A stretch of DNA of 64,000 bases, from positions 3,423,183-3,487,182 of the forward strand of contig NW_002060948.1 of assembly GCF_000150275.1 (NCBI RefSeq), in the 5' to 3' direction. The DNA comes from Trichoplax adhaerens. Lineage: Eukaryota; Animalia; Placozoa. Both the position numbers and the translations under genes were made by a program. Shown here one piece after another: positions 52,801-64,000 of this stretch; within the stretch, counting starts at the first letter, position 1, and every line of letters begins with the position of its first letter. The notes under the pieces were generated by a model. It did not search any database. It saw only the letters and a list, made by a program, of their open reading frames with translations, and was not told where the DNA came from.

Positions 52801-53268
52801 GACTAAGATATCCTTTTGCATAGCGGTTGGAAGTTGCGTTTCTATGTACATTCTTTTACGAAAATTTATATCTAAGAAATTGTTTAATGTGTCGAAACCC
52901 ATGCCTTCGTTTCCAGTTGGTGGCTTCATTCGATTTTTTTTATCAATAATTTTAACAGTAAGATTGCCGTAAGAATTTTTTAGAAAATTTCGATTCCATG
53001 TATGAAAAGCTGGTGAATATACAGCAATTCCTTTAATTAAAACAGGTTTAAATGTAGTGACATATTGGTCCCAAAATTCACTTGTAGTGGGTACATATTT
53101 AAGAATGTTAACAAATTGATTGGCAAGACTTTTCATTTCAAAAATCGGCTCTTCTTGATGGGCTTTTGCCGTAGCACTTTTCTCCTTGCCATCGGCTAAA
53201 GATGGATGACTCCACGAAACTATCAGTAAAAAACCAATCGCTAATATAGTATTCAGTCCGACCGCCAT
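49805..53268 (-). CDS. JmjC/EF-hand paralog C: metal ligands lost, RDEL tail out of frame (pseudoenzyme or incipient pseudogene)
   Basis: Signal peptide and conserved exon pattern. HxD has become QRD, the distal His has become Q (YSQIVS) and GTK has become GKE. The last exon, from 50108 (EF loop DGNKDGIIDINE), stops at 49944-49946. The acidic RDEL tail ending at 49805 is in another frame. Confidence 0.7.
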
Positions 53269-53849
53269 GGTTCTATTCGATCCAGGCCAGGTTATAAGTT
53301 AAAGGCGTTTGCAATTTCGAGCTAAATAGTGCTATACAGAGTATATTGATTCAATGAAATTTTTCACTCATCAATTCATATGTGTAGTAATAGCAAACAG
53401 TGGCAATGTTAATGGACAATACATGAATGGTAAGCAACTTACTAGTAGAAAATAAAAATCCTTCAAGATTACTAACGTATTCGTCTGTCTACCAACTCGT
53501 GTGTGAGTATAAGAGTAGTCTTAACGCTTGTTTTACGGCAATCCAACGGATATATTCATTTTAGGCCTTTTTCACTAAGGCTAATTAACTGCTATACGAA
53601 TTGGCAACAGTTTAACCACTCTATTTACTCCTTTCTATGCTGTATCTGAGAAAGGATATGGAGGCGTGTACATCAATCCAGTCTTTGTAAAGAAAATGAA
53701 TAAAATGATTAGCCTATTATCATGTTAAATATAGAATAATTTTACATTAATAGGACGAGCCATCATAGAAATAGCTTAAAGGCAGATTAACCTGAACGAA
53801 ATCAAAGTTAAAATGTGTATCCTTGGTGAAGACTGTCTTATTCCTCTTG

Positions 53850-54200
53850 GTCATTGGATATCATTGAGTTTTACGTTATAGACTAAAGCGTTTATAATAC
53901 GTTTTTCCTCTATAGCCCGTCTCTCCACATTTATTTGAATAGTTTTGACGCTCCTCATCGATAAAATATCCATAAATTGAGGTGTATTTCTTGGCATTTT
54001 ACTGTAAAACAGTAGATTACAGCAGCGGTAATGAAAGTGGCCATTTTTTCTCCAGCTTCAATTTTAGAGCCATTCTTGGAGAAGTACACGCCAACCACTT
54101 GTAAGTGACGTTCAAAAGTCATTCATTGCAGTCACAATGCATGAGACATGTCAAACAAATAAGTTTCACCCCCTTGGTCATTCTTAGAGAATGGCATTGT
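53850..54200 (-). mobile_element. Possible eroded HUH rolling-circle Rep fragment (endogenous CRESS-virus or Rep-transposon relic)
   Basis: One minus-strand frame (54057-53854) reads SWRKNGHFHYRCCNLLFYSKMPRNTPQFMDIL...IQINVE...NALVYNVK, i.e. HxH then YxxK in Rep order. A motif I-like CLTCLMHCD lies upstream (~54150) in another frame. Confidence 0.4.
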
Positions 54201-54349
54201 TTAATATGTGATGGTTCATCCATTCGCTTCAGCCATACAACGATCGTGCGACATTTCAAAATGGCGAGTGTCAACACTTCCTCATTGGTAGTAGTTTCAA
54301 GCCAGTAAGAGAAAAATTCCTTAAGCTAATTTTCTGCAGCAAAAGGATC

Positions 54350-55095
54350 ATGTCGGGAAGGATAATTTCATAATGACTTACCTGAGTAGTCATTATCTAC
54401 CTCTATATCCGCTTGAGGAGCAAGATTGGTTTCTTGAAGTCAAAACAAAAAATGTCTAAAATCTCCTTTCCTGTCATTTTAGCCAAAGGAAATAATCAGA
54501 TCGGAAAGGATAATTTTATAATGAATGTAACTCTGTCGGTCATTCTACATACGTATAGTATATCGCTATGTCGGATTGAGGAAAGTAAGAGTTATTTCTT
54601 GAAGTAAATAAAAAAAATAAAAATCAACATAAAATCTCCTTTCCTGTAGCTCCAAGAGGAGACATGGTTGATCACTTTAAAGGGGTATCTCCATGTTTCA
54701 AATGAGTATTGTAAAATCTTACTCATTGCTGGTAGAATCAAATCAGGAAGAAAAAGCACTAAATCTGACTCTCTCCGGAGAAGTTATCAAATCAGGAAGG
54801 GTAATTTCATAGTCGCTAATAGACGTAGCCATTATTTTATATCCGATTTAGCAGAGGAAATGAAATCAAGTAGGTCTTGATATCGAAACAAAAAATCATG
54901 AAAACCTTTTTTCCTGTAGTATTCGGAGGAGATAGTGCAGTTGTTACTTAATTTGACGGTATATTTCTACGTTCTAAACCTGTGCTGTTAAAACTTTGCC
55001 ATTGCTAACAGTATCAAGCCAATCAGAAAAAGGATTTAGGTAAACTTTTAATAGTAGAAAATCGTCTGGTCGAGAAGGATAGTTTCATAACCTCA
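54350..55095. repeat. Degenerate repeat array (3-4 units) next to the putative Rep relic
   Basis: G(G/A)AAGG(A/G)TA(A/G)TTT(C/T)ATA at ~54356, 54504, 54795 and 55073; TCTTGA...AAAATCTCCTTTCCTGT-like ends at ~54460, 54632 and 54901. Confidence 0.7.
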
Positions 55096-56068
55096 CGTAG
55101 CGAATAAGAAAGTTGTTAAAATCGATATAATTTAATTCATGCTTACTTATTATGGCATATCTGATTACGATATGTCTTCTTGTATATGTATAAGTATAGA
55201 TTAATATCTGCTCATACATCAAGTATATTATAAAAGTTCTAATTCCCCTGTAATTATCGAGGGCTGAACCAGACTGTACAAGGAACGGAACGATCTAGAG
55301 TTCTTCGTGATTAGCAATCATTGTGCAACACCAGCTACTACAGATCAATGAATACTTTTACAATTATAAGGTAAGAAATCGCTATTTCCACCTATATTAT
55401 ATTCATTTACGTGCCGTATCCAAAATCCTTTCAATTGTCAAGATCGATTCATTTCATGACTTATAAATTGCACTATAATTTATGATCTTCTGCTGATACC
55501 TTGTAAACCTATGACAAGATCTTGAAGATAAAACTTGATCTATTATCATTTATACTGGTTAAAGATGAACTATTTGAGCTTAGCAATCAGGTCAAATCTA
55601 TCAGAATAAATTCTCAAATCCTAACACTCGGATCAATACGTATGACAAGTACTAGAATGCACGTAGATTAACAACTTTTCTGTACAGCTGGCTCGAGTTT
55701 AAATTGTTTGAGTTTACTTTCAATTTATTGAATGCACTATTAAGAGATGCAAGAGGTAGAAAAATCGAATGCTGATATGGCTGGCTACTCAAAAAGATAG
55801 GTACTGATGTAACATTGAATAGTCATACAAACAAATGGAATCACTAAGCGACTTTGTATAAGAAAGGATTAAGCAATATTTTAATATGCCTAATATTGAT
55901 CGCATAATTAAATATAGATGTAGTTATTGATTGAAACAATTTTTCTCTTTAAGTTATAATTATAATTGGCAAAAATAATATTAATTGTACGGAAAATTTA
56001 TCTTATGATTATCGCACATGGACAAGATACAATTATAAGGAAATAATTAGGAATAATTGAACGTCCAT

Positions 56069-59000
56069 TTATAATTCCTCGTGCATTATTTCTTCACGTT
56101 CGTCCACAAATTCAGCTCCATCGCCATTACCTTCATCATCGCCCCCATCATCATCATCATTTGATCTCTCTTCCTTATTAACCGGTATGCCGGCTCCGTC
56201 ATCAATTGGCCTATAATTTTCTTCGTAATGATATTCCATTTCATCTTCATCGGGTACCTCTTCACGTTCCTTACGATAAACATAAACATCCTGATAGTCA
56301 TTAGAGTGCTCGTCTGGCACGCTTTTCTCAAACAGACCCAGAACTTTCTTTATTTTGGCTGCCTTTTCTGATTTAGTAATTATTCCGTCACTATTTTCAT
56401 CCAGCTTTTGCAGTAGCTAATTATCCACATATGTAAAAATATCAGCAGTGAGTCTGAAGCTAACTGCATATGTGAAACCTTCCACTATGATCGTTTTATA
56501 GTCTTTCTAATTTAGTAACATTACAGGCTTACACACTTCGATATACAATTAAATGTATTGCATGAAATTCGAATTACCTCCTTAGCAATCTTTTCTGATC
56601 CATGTATCCTCTCCTAGGGTTAAAAATGTGAATAAATTGATGACTATCATGCATTTACCACAAAGAATAAAATTTTAATCGAGATTGATTAAATATGGCA
56701 ATCATATTACTTTAATCAAATAAGAAATTGTTACCAGGAAGAATCGCGTAGTCTTATCGAAATTTTATCTGATACGCACTGCAATACCCATTATTATGAA
56801 ATCTAGATGTCGTTTTGCAAGTATTTAAGATTCTGGTTTAAAATTACCTTATAAATCTTAATAAACTTTTCACTATTAATTCCACCGTCCCTCCTTGTTG
56901 AATGATCGAATGCTTGCCTAGATAATGCGATGGGTTAAAATAGGTCAGCACGAAATCGAACACAGTAGATTTCGATTTTGGTTTTACGACCGAATATAAA
57001 TCTTTTATGATCTTTGAGCTGCAGGATAAATGTTGTTACTTACTTAATCATAGCTTGAGAAAATTGAAAATACTCATATTGCAAGGTATTTGATGGATCG
57101 GTCTCCAGAGAAGCGATTATTTCTTTATATGCACCTAAAGGTACAGCTGAAAGTTCTGCTTGAGTAATGTATTTTTTATTCTCAAGTTTCAAGTTCCTTT
57201 TTAACTATAGATAATAAATTAAAGAAAACTTGGATTAATCACCATTTACGATTTCAAAATATCATGGCAGTGAACTAGTAATCTCCATAAGACCACTTAT
57301 AGTTCGCTACGATCTAGGATGCTTATCTAGGACTAACCAAAGAAACGGCCAACTTCGATTTCTCTACATCATCGGGCAACATAGTCTATTAATAACGCCT
57401 CTAATTAGCAAAATCATCACTGAAATTAACAATATTCTTAGGTTCCATATGACCACATCATATTTTTACCCTCTTAACTCTAGTGATTAATAGTTTAGTT
57501 GTGATATTATTCTTCCCCTTAAAGGCTTTCAATATGTTTTTCCTATGAAAATTAATTCAAGAAAGTAGCTAATCAGCTTCTAATTCAATAACCGAAAATT
57601 AATTATAATACAGTAGATGTGCTCTTACGTATTCCGTACTTACTATAATAAATTGAAAGATTAGTAACGTTAACTATAGTTAAGTATGCAATTCAGGATT
57701 GGTGAAATAAGATTAACTGATAATTAATTTCAAGCTTCATGTCACAGCTATCAAAGGTAATGAAAGAAAATCTAACACTTATAACTATTCATAGAGCATT
57801 CTTCGACAAAAGCGATCATTGGCCACATTTCACATAAAATCTAGAGTTAAGCACTTCTTTAAGCAGTGATATAATTTAAGTTATAACACAGGTATATCAT
57901 ATCAAGTATGATATTCATACCGATAGAAGATAGGCTCATTTAATCCCATGGTCAAAGAGCCAACACCATCAAAATCCCAAGCAACTAGTGTATCTTTTAG
58001 ATTCTTATAGACTGGTTTATCGCAGCCTGTATTATCAAATTCCTTATTATGCGTTATAGTGCGGGAGAATAAAAATGACACAGCCATGTTTTTGTTACCA
58101 GATGAACGGACATGATGTAAGCTACCTAAAATCTCATTAAAATGGTGTAAGGTATGACAATTAATGGCATACTACAGCAGCTAAATAAGGTAGTCTGTAC
58201 TGGAATATTTTAGCTAAACCTATTCCAGCTGTATTTATAGTATTAATTTCCTTTCATCGATAATGTGCTGAATTATCTGTTGTTGTATCTCACCATAAGG
58301 TACATAGAGGCAGTCTCCGGCAGTGACATTGGCGTAATGATAGGGGCAATCCTTGAATTTGGGATACTTGATCAAATTGACCCGGTCAACGTCTAAAACA
58401 GAATAACCACCTCCAGCCAAACTTGGTTCTCTGGCTAATGGAACCATGTGTTCATGTTTGGGATTGAACATTAGCCAATTTTTAGTTCCATTAAGTAGAC
58501 AGTTGAGAATGTTAGCTATAACCATAAAAGGAAGGAATCAATGACAAGGCTTAATGCAATAACATATATTAGAGTGAATTATATCAGATTCTATACCGGT
58601 TCTATATTTACTGGTTGGAAGGTTCTTTACTATAGTATATTCTAAAGTCAACTTTCTAGTTTTAAGGTATGATTTCGATTCGATATTTGTCATAAATATT
58701 TATTATTTTAATACTCGTTAATCACAAAGTTTCTCATTAATGACGCTTGCAAGCAGTAGTAATTATCAGCATTATAAGAATTTATGAAGTCACTGTAAAA
58801 GCCAACTACTGTAAAAACAAAATTAACTATAAAAAAATCAAGATGATGACCCAGGATGTAAGTCAAATCTCGGAAAAATAGCTACAAAAATGCTGTCTCT
58901 TTTTAGTATGAATACCTTTAAATAGAGTTTAAATTCATAGCATACTCTTAAGGTACGATGTAAAGAAAGAAAAGAAATTTATGGTAATCAAAACAAATAT

Positions 59001-60037
59001 ATTCTATCTTTCATAACCAATCAAGTTTTTTGTCGGATAGATTTAGTTCTTCAAAATAATTAGCAAGATCAGATTGAATTTGAAATAAGGAATTGAAATC
59101 TCTGTAGCAATAGAGAAGCAAGAAGAATTGACTACTTGCCAAAGATTTTGAGTCAGACGATTGCGAACCTAAAGGGTTATAAAACTCAAGCACTACAACA
59201 ACATAATTATTTCGAATTCTTTCTAAAGCTAAATAATAGTACGAAAATGTCAGAACTTGTTAATTCTAGTTGTAAAGCAGACGAAAACAAATTCATCCGG
59301 AGGGCTTCAAAAGTGTAACGTTCTAATTTGAATGTCAGAATCATCTTTTTAGAGTCAATGTATAGATCTCAGACTATTAATACGAAGTTTTGGAATGCCT
59401 ACAAGAACATAGCTATCATCTCACTTAATACCTTAAAAATTTACTTAATGGGATTGCTTTGTGATAAGAACTTACGAGCATCCTTGTGCAATAAACTCCT
59501 AGTGCCACCGCTGCTTAGCCAAAAATTGACTTCAATAATGCTGTCTTTGAAAAGTCCACACGACATACATGGTGGAATAAGAACATCGCCATACATTGGT
59601 TTGGGTAACTGAGAAATTACGTATTTATCGTCTTGGACATAAGTGTTCATAAAATGCTTAATAGTGTCACGGGCTAGACCCATATCACCAACAGGATTGG
59701 GATCTTCCTCAAGTTTTCCTTCAATTTTAAGTGATAGATTACCATAAGTATCCGATAAGTAAGAATCAACCCATAATTCTTTAGCAGGAAAACTGCTAGC
59801 AGCGCCACGAAGTAAAACTGGACGCCTTTTACTGACATACTTGGTCCAAAACTCTTTAGCTGACAACGGTTCAGTTATAATATCAACATGGCCTTCAGGA
59901 TCACGGTGTAATCCAAGTTGTTGTAAATGGCCGCGCGGCGCCTTTTTGGATTGTTTTTTACCATCACCATGATGGAAAAAGGCTATTGCTAAACATAGAG
60001 TAAGAATGATACATTTATTGAGTGTTAGAATCGCCAT
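56069..60037 (-). CDS. ER-lumenal JmjC/EF-hand protein, paralog D
   Basis: ATG at 60037 (MAILTLNKCIILTLCLAIAFF). Motifs FWLSSGGTRSLLHKDA, GTKNW, AGDCLYVP, SLHHVRS; EF loop DENSDGIITKSE; ends HEEL. Confidence 0.85.
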
Positions 60038-61927
60038 GTTAACATTCAAACACTGTAATGGCAAATAGGTGAACTTGTCCTTAAGTAATTGTTAAATCTT
60101 TCTTAGATGTGTATAATAGCAGATTTAAGTTTACAAAGACGGTTGATACATCTATTGGTGGCGATTAAGGAGATCGTAGTTTTCTTTGTATAATTTTATT
60201 CATCTCTATTCTTATTCAGATAATTGACAACTTCTACAGGTAGCTGTTAGTTCTTCAACCATATTTATTGCCATCCGTTACTATAATTCTATTGCGTAAA
60301 GACAATGTAACTATGGACTTATTATTTCGACATGATTTAGTCCTTGATTGACAGCTATTCATAGCACTTAATTAATGTACATCCCGTGATACATGACGCC
60401 AGTCAAATAAACTTCTTAATCAAGTATGAAAGTGCCTGCAGAAAAGTTTTAAGGCTCAGACTATAAATATTAGCTAGGGTACGTACCATTCAACTCAATA
60501 CCTTTTATTTAGCGGTTTAAGCGAGGATCAAAGTGTGGAAATGATTGTCACGTTAATGTAAAAATTAATTATAATGCCTTTAGAAGGTAGGGATGGTGCT
60601 AAATTCTGCCGTACTTAAACGTTTGTTAAGTAAAGTTAATACAAAAACAGCTAAAAGTTATTTTGAACTCCCCATAAAAAAGCAATTTAACTTATTTCCA
60701 TTATCAAGATGACTAATATCTAACGGTTATTGCTCATTTAATTTTGTTTAAAGGCGCTATACTCTCACTATAACAGTTCTAACCTTGTGGGCTAGTTTAG
60801 TACTTCGGTAACAAACTCAGATTTCTAAGATTGGCATGCTGAATTTCGATTGTAAAGAGACTAGAGATGTACACCTGCAAGTCTCTGTAACAACTATTAT
60901 AAGTTTTTATATCAAGTTCTTGATACAGTAATCCTTAGTTGATGGATATCGGCATTGGTAAGCACTTTTATTCAACATGCAGGCCATCATAGCGTAATTC
61001 TTTTATTACATGACCAGCTAATTCATCAATATGGATATAAAATGCTACGTGCTCTTAGCCTGCTAAATATTTCAATGGTGATATTCCATATGAACTATTT
61101 ATGATAACTCATTGGTAGTCGTTGTTCTGTATATCTGGTTTATGAAACAGACTCGTATTTATTTGAAAACTGGTATAAATATGTAAATAACTAGACAGAA
61201 TATTCATATGTAGAATTCTGATTTATACTTCTGATAATTCTTTCTGTTGTAAATGAAGTTTATCGTTCAATTTCTACTAGAATGTAAGGGAAGGCACGCT
61301 AGCTGTCGTAATAGTATGGCAATAATTTAGATATTACCGCAATATCATATAGATGATATACGGGCATATCATGCTATCTGTGCATCAAAAGGTTGCGTGT
61401 CGTACGACCTTTAATTTATTTCTACTACAGTGCAACTTAATAATCAAACCTCGACTTTATTCACAAGTGAATACATGTAATACCACAATCCCAATCTTAC
61501 GGTCTCCTTTTACTTTAAATCAACAATTGAAATTTATCAAAACATAATTACGTAGAGTACAGTAATTACGTATTTGTGACTCAATTTTTTATACGTCTAC
61601 TAGTACTAATCATCTGTCATTCCTAGTTGCAGTAATTTTTAATTTTACCGTATATAAGTCTAAAAACTCACTTTTAGGCAAAAATAGCTATTACATATCT
61701 CTTTTATTGAAAACATCCTTAATTTGCTTTTCCTGTCAGGTTAACAACATTGATAAATAATTCGCCTGTGCTCATTTTAATTTAGTAGTATACTAATTGA
61801 AAAAGATAAGTACCAGTACTGGCAATACTTAGAGATGTTTAGCAGCTAAACTAAAAATTAGTTTCACTTAATTAATATTATTATTAACTATAGAAGGTGT
61901 GGAATAGTTCAATGTAATTGGTCAAAT

Positions 61928-64000
61928 TTATAATTCATCACGAGTCGCACCTTTCTGCATATTATTATCGTCTTCTGGACCTCTATCATCGTCTTCTGGA
62001 CTTCTTTCATCGTCTCCGGGACCATCCTCTCCTTCTTCTTCTTCATCTTCCTCATCACCATTACCTTCATCGTCTCTACCGTCTGCTTCATTTCTTTCTT
62101 CGTCGTTTTGATCATTAGGATTTCCACTCTCTCCACGCGGCTCAAATAGGTGGTACCCGTTTTCTACAGAAATCCCTTTTCCGTCATCCAATCGTATATT
62201 TTCATCGCTCTCTGGATCCATCGAATCTTTTTCAGGAACTTCTGGACGTTCCTTACGATAAACATAGCTATCAGCGTAATCATTAACATGCTCAGGTGGC
62301 ATATCTTGATCAAAAAGTTTCATTGTTTTCTTATAATTATTTCTCGTCTCCTCTTTGGTTATGATGCCATCCCCATTGGTATCCATTTTTTGTTTAATCT
62401 TATTTTAAAAGTAATAATTAGCGATAATTTTAGGTAAAACTGTTCAAGTTTACAAAATATCGCTGTAATAGTTACTTGCTTCCATTCGCTAGTCTTTATT
62501 ATTTAGATAAAATGCATATAAGCGATTATGATTCATTTTATCTTGTTACGTAATATTACGAATACCTCATTAGCTATCCTTTCAGAACCACCTAATGTTC
62601 CCTAGAGTTGAAAATGATCAAACAATTAATTGTCTTAGAATAGAACAAGAGTTCGCATGAAGTTGCATCTTACCACGTAGGCTTCTGTGAATTTCTTGCC
62701 ATCAAATATGCCTGATTTACCTATGGCTTTCTTAAATATCGGTCTTGAAAACAGCAATTAAACAATTTAGAAGATAAATATTAGATTCTATATAGCACAA
62801 CTTTATACCGTCATATTTATGTGCTGTAATCACTGTGCGAAAAAACAATATCAGACTAACTGTATATGTTGCTAAGCTATAATTATCCAGTTATATGATA
62901 ATAAGAGTAATGTAGCTAAATTGTTCGAGCTTTTATATCAACTTGTAATACTTTGACACAATCATCAGCATTATAAGCTTTAATTCAGCACATTTAAGAA
63001 ACAAAGACACATTACAGTCGATCCCTTAAATTTTTGTAAGATTACAGAATATTACTCGAATTTAATTGTATGGAATGGTGCCTAAGAAGATGCCTGATTA
63101 AATGCATCTACAGGTAGTCTATCATAATTTCATCATGAAACCAATATTTCATACGAATACTACTGTAAAAGTGAAGTAGTTCACTATGAATTAGATATTA
63201 TGTCAGAAAATTTAAAAATTTAATTCTAATTATTCTAGGTGCTAGAATTTTTGAACGTGAAATATCTAATAGAAATGCACACGAATGTTAGATAATTTTC
63301 TTTTCAGTACAAATATTTAATCTAATTTATCGAATTTTATTCGATAGCTTGTACGTAATGTTTATTGAAAGATTTCTATAACTGTAACTTACGAGACTTC
63401 ACTTCGTGTAAATTGACGATATTCATATTGCAAAGTATTTGCTGGATCCATTTCATTGAATATAATCATATTTTTCCATGACTGCATAGGTAAAGCCTTG
63501 ATATCATCAACTGATATGGTTTCCTTATCATCAGTTATTTGCAAGCTATCTTTGTACTAAAGATAAAATATAGAATCAAATTATTGCTTTGGGCTTGCCC
63601 AAGTAGATTCAGTACAGAAAATTCATTCTTAAAATTTCAAGCATGAACATTTATTTTCTTTCTGCTCTTAGTTACAACGTACTATTTTATATCCTTTTTG
63701 ATACTTCTCTCCTTCAAATTCACCAAGATAATCCTTTAAAGTAGAAGATATATTAAATATAGGCAAGATAACATCAAGATTATTTATGACTATCATACGC
63801 TTTCAACTAATATGATGAGATTAATTCAAATATGTAGTAAGCTATAATGCAGAAAATAGTTGCATACCCTGACAACATGCTTCAGTAGTTTTTTTGCGGG
63901 TAGAATCGACTTCTTTGCTTTTTTAAAAATATGTAGGAAGCTATCCCTATTGGCGAATATTTAAATTGCCTTAGTAGGTGAGCAATAGTTATAACGATAT
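61928..64000 (-). CDS. ER-lumenal JmjC/EF-hand protein, paralog E (3' exons only; 5' part lies beyond the window)
   Basis: Exons homologous to the 3' half of A-D (DPANTLQYEY, LGGSERIANE); EF loop DTNGDGIITKEE; acidic tail; ends RDEL. The JmjC domain itself is not visible in this window. Confidence 0.75.

Noticed and set aside
45172-62437. Ser-rich or His/Leu-rich ORFs opposite the acidic tails (45172..45582, 61918..62118, 62150..62437)
   Set aside because: They are antisense reads of GAA/GAT-rich coding sequence.

Overview
AT-rich eukaryotic (animal) DNA with many short GT-AG introns and compact genes. It resembles an early-branching metazoan such as a placozoan; this is an inference from composition and gene architecture only. 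Contents from left to right: (1) A tandem array of four minus-strand genes (one is a pseudogene) encoding signal-peptide proteins with two tandem prolyl-hydroxylase-like 2OG-Fe(II) domains, a degenerate N-terminal one and an intact C-terminal one. (2) CFAP74, with an RFX X-box and an NRF1-type palindrome upstream. (3) An intronless cathepsin A-like S10 carboxypeptidase. (4) A FAX/metaxin-like GST-fold gene. (5) A second array of at least five genes encoding signal peptide + JmjC/cupin_8 + EF-hand + acidic tail + xDEL/HEEL proteins; one copy is a pseudoenzyme with a frameshifted tail. The most notable signal is two independently expanded families of secretory-pathway Fe/2OG oxygenases (PHD-like and FIH/JMJD-like folds) lying side by side, showing gene conversion, a hypervariable loop and dead domains or paralogs. 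An eroded HUH/Rep-like relic with an adjacent repeat array lies inside the JmjC array. All calls were made by eye; no searches were run.
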